From positions 6,612 through 70,611 of the forward strand of contig DATHJY010000005.1 of assembly GCA_035489575.1 (NCBI GenBank): a stretch of 64,000 bases of DNA. The letters are read 5' to 3'. Every line of letters starts with the position of its first letter. The stretch's first letter is position 1. The stretch comes from Verrucomicrobiia bacterium. Lineage in GTDB: Bacteria; Patescibacteriota; Saccharimonadia; Saccharimonadales; JAGQNK01. Below, one piece after another: positions 8,049 to 15,803 of the stretch. The position numbers and the translations under genes are program-made. Below the pieces are notes generated by a model. That model was not told where the DNA came from. It searched no databases and saw nothing but the letters and a program-made list of their open reading frames with translations.

Positions 8049-8708
8049 ATGAACAAACGCTTTATTGCTATTCTTGCCGCTTGTATCATTGCATTTGCCG
8101 GCTTGCTCATATTAACCAAAAAGGACAGCAAGACGCCTTCCGAGCAGACAGACAATAACCCAAGCTCCCAGCTGAGCAATCACATAAAAGGCCAAGGCAC
8201 CACAGGCGTGACGCTTACCGAATACGGTGACTTTGCCTGCCCAGCCTGCTACCAATACTTCCCAATCGTGCAACAGGTCAAAGAAAAATACGGTGACCAG
8301 ATCAAGTTCCAGTTCCGCCACTACCCACTGACCGAGATCCACCAGAACGCTCTGGTTAGCGCCCGGGCCGCCGAAGCAGCTGGCAAACAAAATAAGTTCT
8401 TTGAGATGCACGACCTGCTGTACCAAAACCAGCCGACCTGGCGCGACAGCAGCAATCCTACGCCACTGTTCGAGAATTATGCCAATCAGCTCGGCCTCGA
8501 TCTGAGTAAGTTCAAAGAGGACGTAAAAAACAGCGTCACCAATGCCACAGTCCAGGCCGACCGTGCCGAGGCAAGACGACTCAACTACTCTTCTACCCCT
8601 ACGTTTGAGGTAGATGGTAAGCAGGTCGAGAACCCACGTAGCCTCGAAGACTTTACAAAGCTGATAGACAACGCTATTAAAGAAAAACAGGCCCAGAAGC
8701 AACAGTAG
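8049..8708 (+). CDS. DsbA-family thiol:disulfide oxidoreductase (membrane-anchored or secreted)
   Basis: Start at ATG 8049 (MNKRFIAILAACIIAFAGLLIL signal/anchor), preceded by AAGGGG. Thioredoxin active site CPAC in GDFACPACYQYFP. Confidence 0.8.
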   Translation: MNKRFIAILAACIIAFAGLLILTKKDSKTPSEQTDNNPSSQLSNHIKGQGTTGVTLTEYGDFACPACYQYFPIVQQVKEKYGDQIKFQFRHYPLTEIHQNALVSARAAEAAGKQNKFFEMHDLLYQNQPTWRDSSNPTPLFENYANQLGLDLSKFKEDVKNSVTNATVQADRAEARRLNYSSTPTFEVDGKQVENPRSLEDFTKLIDNAIKEKQAQKQQ

Positions 8709-8728
8709 TTGTTGCCTATTACAATGTT

Positions 8729-8766
8729 AAAACCGGCTCTTTGTGGCCGGTTTTAGTTTTTTGTTT
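8729..8766 (+). terminator. rho-independent terminator after the DsbA-like gene
   Basis: AAAACCGGC / GCCGGTTTT stem (8729-8737 / 8746-8754) followed by a T-rich run. Confidence 0.7.
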
Positions 8767-9031
8767 TTGGTCCTAATGGGCTAGTAGGTTATAAATTGCT
8801 GCCATTTAGGACGCTTCACTTTTACTTGCACTCTCATACCTCGTGAAGACATTAGTTTTATTTTTACAGGCAAAGCCTGACTACTCCCTTTTTTCTCCTC
8901 ACACCTCATGGAACACACCTAGTACCCTCTATTTTTTTGTAATGTTTTTGTCTTCGACGCGTCCTCAAACTGAACGCTAGAAGTAATTCAATAATACATA
9001 AGCATGATGTGGCCGTCAATGCCGCTTTTGG

Positions 9032-9445
9032 CTAGTTGCCCTTGCGGGTGGCGTGTGCTTCGGCAATCTTACTGTGTAGTTTCTTCATAGTCCTACTGGT
9101 CGACTGCTTGCTGTGGATCTCGCGAAACTCACGGTCCAGCTCGTCCAATTCTTCGTCGGTCATGTCCTCTAGATCCACGAATGCATCGCGGCCGCGTGTC
9201 GACAGTAGCAGCTCGTCCAGCTTTAGCTGCATAGCTTTGCCATCGCGGTTCTGCGTATTCTGAATAAGAAAAACCATCAGGAAGGTAGTGATTGTTGTAC
9301 CGGTATTGATAAACAGCTGCCAGGTATTAGAAAACTCAAAGAATGGGCCAGTTACTGCCCAGCCAATGACCAACAAAAAGGCCAAGGTAAAGGCCGCAGC
9401 ATGACCGGTGGCGATGGAAATCCTCGTAGCAATTTTTCTAAACAC
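9032..9445 (-). CDS. low-affinity iron permease family protein (Fet4-like, PF04120-type)
   Basis: Conserved core FSNTWQLFINTGTTITTFLMVFLIQNTQNRDGKAMQLKLDELL. Start uncertain. GTG 9445 gives the family-typical length. The ATG at 9508 would overlap the divergent promoter. Confidence 0.7.
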   Translation of the reverse strand: MFRKIATRISIATGHAAAFTLAFLLVIGWAVTGPFFEFSNTWQLFINTGTTITTFLMVFLIQNTQNRDGKAMQLKLDELLLSTRGRDAFVDLEDMTDEELDELDREFREIHSKQSTSRTMKKLHSKIAEAHATRKGN

Positions 9446-9506
9446 TTTTTGTACCTGATTATTTGTTATAGAATAACACTTATAGTTATCTAGAAAATAA
9501 AAATGC

Positions 9507-11216
9507 ATGCATAACGTCTTTAATGAACTGAGTCTAATCATCGCCATCGGCGTGGCGGTCAGTTTATTCATGCGCACTATTCGGCAACCGCTGACTATTG
9601 CCTATATTCTGACAGGCGTGTTGGTGGGACCGGCTGCATTCGACCTGATCAGCTCACCCGACACGCTCGAGGTCTTTTCTAGTTTTGGCATAGCCCTGCT
9701 GCTATTGATTGTTGGCCTGGGGCTCAACCCGAGAGTCATCAAAGAAATTGGTAAGATTGCCGCCTATATAGCCATTATCAAGGTATTGCTGGTGACTGCC
9801 ATTGGGTACATATTGTCTGGCTTCTTGGGCTTTACCACCACCGAGTCGCTCTATATTGGTATTGCACTGTCTTTCTCTAGCACCATTATCATCTTGAAGC
9901 TACTGACTGATAAGCGAGAGCAGACACGTATGTACGGAAAGGTCGCTATTGGTTATCTGCTGATCGAGGACATACTGGCCACCCTTATTCTGGTGGGAGT
10001 GTCTACGTCCAGTGGCGGCGAGGTGTCGATGACCGCCTTTATTCAGTTACTCCTGAAGAGTCTCCTGCTGATCAGTGGGCTCGTGCTATTCCGCATGCTC
10101 GTCCTGCCCAGACTCAACACCATTATTGCCAAGTCTCAGGAATTCTTGTTTTTGTTTGCCATTGGCTGGGGGCTAGGAATTGCTGCCCTGTTCAGCGCTG
10201 CCGGCTTCTCTCTGGAGATTGGCGCCCTGGTAGCGGGCGTTATGCTGGCTTCGCTGCCCTACGCCACCGAGATCTCGTCCCGACTCAAGCCGTTGCGTGA
10301 CTTCTTTATTGTGCTGTTTTTTGTGCAGCTGGGCTCGCACCTAGAACTGAGCCAGATAATCGACGTGCTGCCCAGAGCCCTGCTGTTCTCGCTAGTGGTG
10401 CTGATTGCCAACCCACTGATTGTTATGGCCGTTATGGGACTGGGCGGCTATACAAAAAAGACCAGCTTCAAGGCCGGGCTGACTGGTGCCCAGGTCAGTG
10501 AGTTCTCGCTGATTTTGCTGCTGCTGGCCTTTGACCTGGGCCATATCAGCGAACAAATAACTACCCTTATCACCGTAGTCGCTTTTGTTACCATTGCCGT
10601 GAGCACTTATACCATCACCTATGCCGACTGGCTCTACGACTTTCTGGAGAAATATATTCGGCTATTTGAACGCTCCAAGATTAGCGAGCAAAAAGAGGTG
10701 CACCATCACTACGACCTTGCTCTGCTGGGGTATCAGAAAGGCGGGCATGAGTTTGTGCGGGTCTTTAATCAGCTCAAAAAACCCTATGTGGTCATAGACT
10801 ACGACCCTAACATTATTGACGTGCTAGAGAGCAAGCGGATTAACTTTATGTATGGCGACGTGACCGACCTAGAGCTGCTGGATGAGGTGAATTTGCGACA
10901 CGCCCACCTGATTATTTCGTCTATCACTGACTTTGCTACCAACGTCTTTATCAGCCGCTGGCTCGAGAAAGAAAACCAGCACGCGGTCTTTATATGCACC
11001 GCAGACACCGTGGAACAAGCCGCAGAACTGTACGAGCTTGGCGCTGCGTACGTTATGCTGCCCCACTACATTGGCTCTGAGAAAATCGGCGCCTTCATAC
11101 GCAAGAGCGGCCTAAAAAAGACCGAGTTCAAAAAGTACCGCGAGAAACATCTGGCCTACCTGCAAGAACACTACGAGCTTATGCCCGATCCAGACCCAGA
11201 TTCAACTGAAGCATAG
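9507..11216 (+). CDS. cation:proton antiporter (CPA2/Kef-type) with C-terminal RCK/TrkA-N domain
   Basis: About 12 TM helices with N-terminus QPLTIAYILTGVLVGP. C-terminal Rossmann-like LALLGYQKGGHEF. Confidence 0.85.
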   Translation: MHNVFNELSLIIAIGVAVSLFMRTIRQPLTIAYILTGVLVGPAAFDLISSPDTLEVFSSFGIALLLLIVGLGLNPRVIKEIGKIAAYIAIIKVLLVTAIGYILSGFLGFTTTESLYIGIALSFSSTIIILKLLTDKREQTRMYGKVAIGYLLIEDILATLILVGVSTSSGGEVSMTAFIQLLLKSLLLISGLVLFRMLVLPRLNTIIAKSQEFLFLFAIGWGLGIAALFSAAGFSLEIGALVAGVMLASLPYATEISSRLKPLRDFFIVLFFVQLGSHLELSQIIDVLPRALLFSLVVLIANPLIVMAVMGLGGYTKKTSFKAGLTGAQVSEFSLILLLLAFDLGHISEQITTLITVVAFVTIAVSTYTITYADWLYDFLEKYIRLFERSKISEQKEVHHHYDLALLGYQKGGHEFVRVFNQLKKPYVVIDYDPNIIDVLESKRINFMYGDVTDLELLDEVNLRHAHLIISSITDFATNVFISRWLEKENQHAVFICTADTVEQAAELYELGAAYVMLPHYIGSEKIGAFIRKSGLKKTEFKKYREKHLAYLQEHYELMPDPDPDSTEA

Positions 11217-11794
11217 AGCCCTTCTTGCTTAATGTAGGCGTACACCACTAGTGGCAAATCCCGTGGCTTGTGTCCCCGCCTGACGCTAATTCTGATAGCC
11301 CTGGACGAACAAGCCGGTAAGTCAGTAGACAAGATCTGGTAGTCCATGACTAGGGCCCGCGTACGCTGCACCGTGTCCAGCCGACGTTCGACCTCTGCCT
11401 TTTCATGAGTGCGCAGACCAATAATAAAACGCACCTGCCGCATCAGCTCTTCTACGTGCGGCCAGTCACCAAAATGACTCAGTGTGTCGTCGCCCATGAT
11501 CAAGTACAGTTCTGCGCCCTTGAATCGTTCCATGAGCAGCGGCAGCGTATCTAGTGGCGTAAAGCGCTGCTGCTCTAGCAGGATAGACCCAAACCGTGGC
11601 TCGTGCTTGATAGCCAGACGAACCATAGCACTGCGATGCTCTAGTGCCTTGACGCCCTGCTTGCGCCGAGGCCGTGGCTCTATCAAAAAGAATACTTTTT
11701 CAAGATCGCACTCTTGGGCGGCGGCTGCCGCAAGCGCCAGGTGTCCTTCGTGAATGGGATCAAACGTCCCAAAATAAATCCCAACCTTTTTCAT
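11171..11794 (-). CDS. nadD: nicotinate-nucleotide adenylyltransferase
   Basis: GIYFGTFDPIHEGH (HxGH nucleotidyltransferase motif). Start ATG 11794-11792 overlaps the stop of the upstream small ORF (TAATG). Confidence 0.85.
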   Translation of the reverse strand: MKKVGIYFGTFDPIHEGHLALAAAAAQECDLEKVFFLIEPRPRRKQGVKALEHRSAMVRLAIKHEPRFGSILLEQQRFTPLDTLPLLMERFKGAELYLIMGDDTLSHFGDWPHVEELMRQVRFIIGLRTHEKAEVERRLDTVQRTRALVMDYQILSTDLPACSSRAIRISVRRGHKPRDLPLVVYAYIKQEGLYASVESGSGSGISS

Positions 11795-11961
11795 TACAGC
11801 TCTGCTGGAATACCTTCGCAGCATTTTGTGGGTAGGTGGCACTCCGGACATACAAAATGTCCGTGCACGGGCACGATGGGATAGTGTCCACAGTTATCGC
11901 AAAAGAATTCTGGGGACTGTTCTTTTACGAGCTGCTGGTAGGTCTCGTCGTCTGCTTGCAT
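11794..11961 (-). CDS. small zinc-ribbon protein (55 aa), below the ORF-track size cutoff
   Basis: Translation is MQADDETYQQLVKEQSPEFFCDNCGHYPIVPVHGHFVCPECHLPTKCCEGIPAEL. CxxC-X13-CxxC. AGGTAAGG lies upstream. Stop is coupled to the nadD start. Confidence 0.5.
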   Translation of the reverse strand: MQADDETYQQLVKEQSPEFFCDNCGHYPIVPVHGHFVCPECHLPTKCCEGIPAEL

Positions 11962-11965
11962 GGCC

Positions 11966-12172
11966 TTACCTGTTCACCGTGACTTCGCATTTGGGGCAAC
12001 TGATGGTAGTGGGCGTCAGAATAGCGTTGACGACTTCTTTGCAAAACGGGCAGGTGACGCAGCGCATCAGGTCTGGCCGGGCCGCCAGCATATCGTCTGT
12101 AATAATACACAGCCCATCACAGTCGGCTACCTGCTGTTCATAGTGTTCTTTGGTCAGATGCGTGTGTGTCAT
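11966..12172 (-). CDS. small zinc-ribbon protein (68 aa)
   Basis: CVTCPFC ... CPKC cysteine pairs. AAGGA SD 7 nt upstream of ATG 12172. Confidence 0.55.
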   Translation of the reverse strand: MTHTHLTKEHYEQQVADCDGLCIITDDMLAARPDLMRCVTCPFCKEVVNAILTPTTISCPKCEVTVNR

Positions 12173-12195
12173 ATGTTGTCCTTTATTTTATCCGC

Positions 12196-13626
12196 TTAGG
12201 CCGCAAGTGGCATAGGCTCGGGCTCGACTATCTTTGGTTTGATGAGTTCTATCGTTGCAGGCGCCTTGGGCTTGGGCCGGGTTGTCAGCTTGGTAGGATC
12301 CTGGCCTTTGTCGAATTTGGCCTGACACTTGCGACAGACGCTACAGGGCCCAACTTCGGTTTGGCCTGGGCGAGTTGCACAGCTCATCACGCGGCAAATG
12401 CCTGCCTTCCACCCCCAAAGTTCCTTGGTGTTTTTCAAGTTGTTTGCCATGCTGTCCAGACCCAAGCCCAGTTCGGCCTCTTCTTCGTCGCTCAGTGATG
12501 CTCCACATATCACTACTACTTCTTCATGCTGACGGGCATCACTGATAATTCGCTGCGCCCGATCAAAGTCCCCGGTCAAAACTGCGTCTGATGCCCGCTG
12601 ATAGTACGTGGCCGCCTTTTGCCCGAAACAGTCAGCGGCATATTCGGGCGCCATGGTACAAATGGCCCGCAAGGTGTGCAGGATTTTCTTGCCATACTGG
12701 CTATCGCGCTGGCGCTGTTCTATAAGGCCTTGGGCCACCAGTGCGTCCAACTTCTCTTCGTACGCAGCTATTCCGTCCAGGAGCTTCTCGGCCTGCTTTT
12801 CACGCGCCATAGATTCTTGGCGCACCTGGTCGTAGTTAACATGCAACGGGTTGGCACCAATAATTTCGCCGTAGCGAATGTTGGGGCCAGCGTGTTGGTC
12901 CAGTCGCTTTTGGATATCAACCACGCCGTTGGTGTAATCCTGGACGCTATATAAGAAAGGTGTTGCTAGCGCTGTGACGTCCGCTGTTTCCCGATGCATG
13001 GGCGTAATCCCCGCAGCCTTCAAGAATCCAAAAGTACTGCGCCAGGTACCATTACTGCGGCTCATCTGTTCGATGATCCGCGTATAAGTACCGTCTGGGT
13101 GAGCCACTAGGTGAGTCGAGCGCACCATGCCTTTTTTGTTATCTGGTCGGTAGCCCAAGTTGCGGGCACTTTTTTCCGGCATGTCCTCTGGGAAATCACT
13201 GGCCAGGGCTACTGCAGTCGATTCTGGCAGTTCGTCTGCAACAATAGCTTTTTGGACCGCCTGGATGGTCAGCTCTTCGCATATCTCCGGAAAACGACGT
13301 CGTTTTTCGGCCTCTGGCAGACGATCGCTCCAGCCTCGTAGCAACCGAGACAGTACTTGGGCATTGATCTCTTCGAATGTTCCATGGATTTCTATACGGG
13401 ACAGGTGACCGGATTTGGTCAGACCCTCCCACAGGGCTGTGCGGGCATTGTCACGACGCTCTTGCTGAGCTACCTCGACATCGTTCAGGGATTCGCGGTT
13501 AGCAATAAGACCCCAGGCCTGTGCCTCTATGGCATCACGATCCACGAACTCAGCAGCATCACAGATACCTGGATGCTCTGGCCCTCGTGGCCGTTCCCCC
13601 GAAAAATCCCCCTCCATTGAACTCAT
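12196..13626 (-). CDS. hypothetical cytoplasmic protein (476 aa) with a C-terminal Cys cluster; no family recognised
   Basis: Long ORF. C-terminal cluster is ICRVMSCATRPGQTEVGPCSVCRKCQ. Start taken as ATG 13626, with GAGGTG 4 nt upstream. An in-frame ATG at 13617 is also possible. The track start at 13692 would run through the leader RNA. Confidence 0.7.
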   Translation of the reverse strand: MSSMEGDFSGERPRGPEHPGICDAAEFVDRDAIEAQAWGLIANRESLNDVEVAQQERRDNARTALWEGLTKSGHLSRIEIHGTFEEINAQVLSRLLRGWSDRLPEAEKRRRFPEICEELTIQAVQKAIVADELPESTAVALASDFPEDMPEKSARNLGYRPDNKKGMVRSTHLVAHPDGTYTRIIEQMSRSNGTWRSTFGFLKAAGITPMHRETADVTALATPFLYSVQDYTNGVVDIQKRLDQHAGPNIRYGEIIGANPLHVNYDQVRQESMAREKQAEKLLDGIAAYEEKLDALVAQGLIEQRQRDSQYGKKILHTLRAICTMAPEYAADCFGQKAATYYQRASDAVLTGDFDRAQRIISDARQHEEVVVICGASLSDEEEAELGLGLDSMANNLKNTKELWGWKAGICRVMSCATRPGQTEVGPCSVCRKCQAKFDKGQDPTKLTTRPKPKAPATIELIKPKIVEPEPMPLAA

Positions 13627-13781
13627 TTCACACCTCACGTCTGTTAAGTGAAAGCCGTTCTGGCGAGTACAGTATGTCAGTTCTCGCGACAAAGCGTACC
13701 CGTAGGTACACTGCGAAGCGAAACTGCCATAGTGTGCCGTCAGAACGGCTTGAGGCTGGAGGGGAGATGTGAAATGAGTTC
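13619..13781 (-). ncRNA. candidate structured cis-regulatory 5' leader RNA, copy B
   Basis: Same fold as copy A. P1 at 13619-13636/13764-13781. P2 at 13654-13662/13741-13749. UACG hairpin 13693-13712. AACUGACA-loop hairpin 13663-13687. The P1 3' arm contains the SD-like GAGGUG and AUG 13626. Confidence 0.6.
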
Positions 13782-13791
13782 ATAAAAAACC

Positions 13792-14109
13792 CTACTTTTT
13801 TCTTTGGTCTCGAAAAGCAGGGTATGATGGTCCGTTTGTGACGCTCCTGCTCGAGAGACTTAATCTACCGTGTCTGGCTTGGCGCATTCCTTTGAGGAGA
13901 GGCACCTTACAGTTGCGGCACAGCTCAGGATTCTCACCTGATTCCGGCATATTTTCACACATCACGCACCAGCCAGCTTGCTCCTGAGCAGAGCCCAGGA
14001 CCCTGCTGTCTTCTTGGCACCCAGCACATTTTTTCTCTGCGATGCTCCCGCACCGTACTAAAGTACGGCTTGGTCCACTTCTCGAGAATAAAATGCACTG
14101 AGCACTCAA
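13792..14109 (-). CDS. questionable Cys-rich ORF (three CxxC pairs); no ATG start
   Basis: Cysteine pairs CAGC, CVMC and CRNC spaced like a double zinc ribbon. However, the ORF opens on TTG and ends 10 nt before leader copy B. Confidence 0.3.
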   Translation of the reverse strand: MSAQCILFSRSGPSRTLVRCGSIAEKKCAGCQEDSRVLGSAQEQAGWCVMCENMPESGENPELCRNCKVPLLKGMRQARHGRLSLSSRSVTNGPSYPAFRDQRKK

Positions 14110-14241
14110 GTGCGAAATGCGTGTTTGTTAAACCTGAAGTGTTTTGCTGTTACTTCTACTAGTAGTATAGCTTATCGCGCTCACGCTATATGTAGTATTT
14201 TTGCCTGCAACTTGCCCTCCGTGCATAGTGCTACGCCAAGA

Positions 14242-14981
14242 CTACTGTACAGAACTTATGGGATCAGGGTAGAGTACCCACTCCGCGACTGCCGTTTTAG
14301 CAAGGTGCGTCTTAGCTTGACTATGCCCCTCTGCTTTTGTAGATTTCCAAATTGAAAATCCTTCGGCTGTCCAGGGACGTTTTTCGGTAATCCATTGTTC
14401 TGGTCGAGCAATGGCAACCATAGGAACTCCCTGTCTCTGGGCAGCTACCGCCAATTGCAAATCTGAAGCATTACGCATTGGAAAATCCTCATCGAGGTCA
14501 AGTTTAATTGTATCCCGGCTCCACATTGTTGTTGCCGTGCCCAGTAGGTGCACCTGGCGTGCCTTGTCGAGTGGCTCATAGAAACGAAAGCGCTCATCAC
14601 GCGACTCAACAAAATCTTCTACAGGGTGCAGAAACGTGGAGCCATGAACGCCGACAATAGCCTGCCCCCCCGAGCATCAAATTCGCGAACGAGCGTTGAG
14701 ACGTAATCGTCCGGATAGCCTAGATCATCGTCAATAGTTAGGTAGTGAGTATGATCTTCCAGGCCATCTTTTCCGTCCATCCAGTAGAGTTTGCCTTCGG
14801 CACCGAGGTCACCTCGAGCATCACCAGAGAGCGTTGCTTCTTCAGGGCCAAGGAAGTCCGGCACCTCCACGAAGTTATTGAGGTAGACGCGCAAAACATC
14901 TACTTGTGGACGTATGGTTTCGACCACTTCTTCTAAATAGGGCAAACGATCCGGCATAGTAGCCATTCCTGCGACGAGCAT
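14242..14981 (-). pseudogene. putative GT-A-fold glycosyltransferase interrupted by a frameshift in a G7 (coding-strand) homopolymer
   Basis: Track ORFs 14619..14981 and 14242..14553 join seamlessly (...REFDARGG|QAIVGVHGSTFLHPVEDFVESRDERFRFYEPLDKARQVHLLGTATT...) if the run at 14665-14671 had 8 nt rather than 7. Contains a DDD (DxD-like) motif in YLTIDDDLGYPDDY. Confidence 0.65.
14665..14671. repeat. C7/G7 homopolymer at the frameshift site
   Basis: Direct reading gives cctgCCCCCCCgag. Confidence 0.9.
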
Positions 14982-15019
14982 ATAGATACTCCATTTAAAG
15001 GATTAATTTTGTAACCTGA

Positions 15020-15661
15020 CTAGGCGGCTATGTGAACGATTTCGCGAAAGCTCTCAATAATATGGGTGGGATGTAACCGCCTGAGCTCTTCAATGTCATA
15101 GAACTTGGCGTGCTCAGGTGGAAAGAACAGGACAGAATCAACCCCAGCGTTATTAGCGGCCCTGATATCACTGGCTGCGTCACCAACCATGACGGCTTCG
15201 ACTTTTGTAGCACCGAATAGTTTTATCGCCCTCTCGATTGGTTCGGGGTTTGGCTTGTGGTGCGTGACATCATCACCGCACACGATTAGGTCAAACATAT
15301 CTTGCAGCTTGTACTTTTCTAACAAAGGGTCGATCTGGCCATGACGTGAAGTTGTTACGAGTGCGATTTTTTTGCCTGCTTTATGGAGCATATCAAGTGT
15401 CACTAATGCATCGGGGTAAAGTTCAACATTCGGTGCTTCACGGGTGGCGATCTCGTCTGCCTCAGCTACCATAGCGTCAATATCAGTAATCCCAAGTGCT
15501 TCCATACGTTCTTGAAAGACCGTAAAGTTGGCACCAATTTCTTCATCACTAAAGAAGTGGCCACGCTTCTCCAGCGGCACCTTGAGGGCCGCCAGCCAAA
15601 TGTCGAGGGTTCGCGCCAGATTACCATCCCAGTCCAACAGGATATATTTGTATTGTTTCAC
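15020..15661 (-). CDS. HAD-IA family hydrolase (phosphatase)
   Basis: Motif I LLDWDGNL, motif IV GDAASDIRAANNAGV. GTG start preceded by TAAAAT 7 nt upstream. Confidence 0.8.
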   Translation of the reverse strand: MKQYKYILLDWDGNLARTLDIWLAALKVPLEKRGHFFSDEEIGANFTVFQERMEALGITDIDAMVAEADEIATREAPNVELYPDALVTLDMLHKAGKKIALVTTSRHGQIDPLLEKYKLQDMFDLIVCGDDVTHHKPNPEPIERAIKLFGATKVEAVMVGDAASDIRAANNAGVDSVLFFPPEHAKFYDIEELRRLHPTHIIESFREIVHIAA

Positions 15662-15803
15662 AGCGCATATTTTAGCAGGCTTTGGTTAAGCGCCCGAATC
15701 AAAATAAGAAATATTAGACCGTACAGTAATAGTGGCTTGTACGAGTTTCAGGTAAACCGAAGGTGCAATTTGCCCTCCGAGCATAGTGCTATACTGCTTG
15801 ACT

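Noticed and set aside
8112-8702. 196-aa minus-strand ORF antisense to the DsbA-like gene.
   Set aside because: It has no motifs and lies opposite a gene with a signal peptide and a CPAC active site. It is a typical antisense open frame.
11171-11216. 46-bp overlap of the convergent 3' ends of the Kef-type antiporter and nadD genes.
   Set aside because: Both ORFs are well supported to their stops. Convergent overlaps occur in compact genomes, and no extra signal was seen.
13741-13752. The GCCAGAACGGC string resembles the glmS ribozyme core start (GCGCCAGAACUGGC).
   Set aside because: No other glmS core elements are present. It is not upstream of glmS. The string forms the P2 helix of the leader.
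13619-13781. Interpretation of the two copies as a MITE: 18-bp terminal inverted repeats, 160-200 bp long, intergenic.
   Set aside because: This is not fully excluded, but it is disfavoured:
- No target-site duplication is visible.
- Internal helices also covary.
- Both copies share orientation and sit 0-1 nt from a start codon.
- A variable hairpin insertion is typical of structured RNAs.

A genome-wide copy census is needed.
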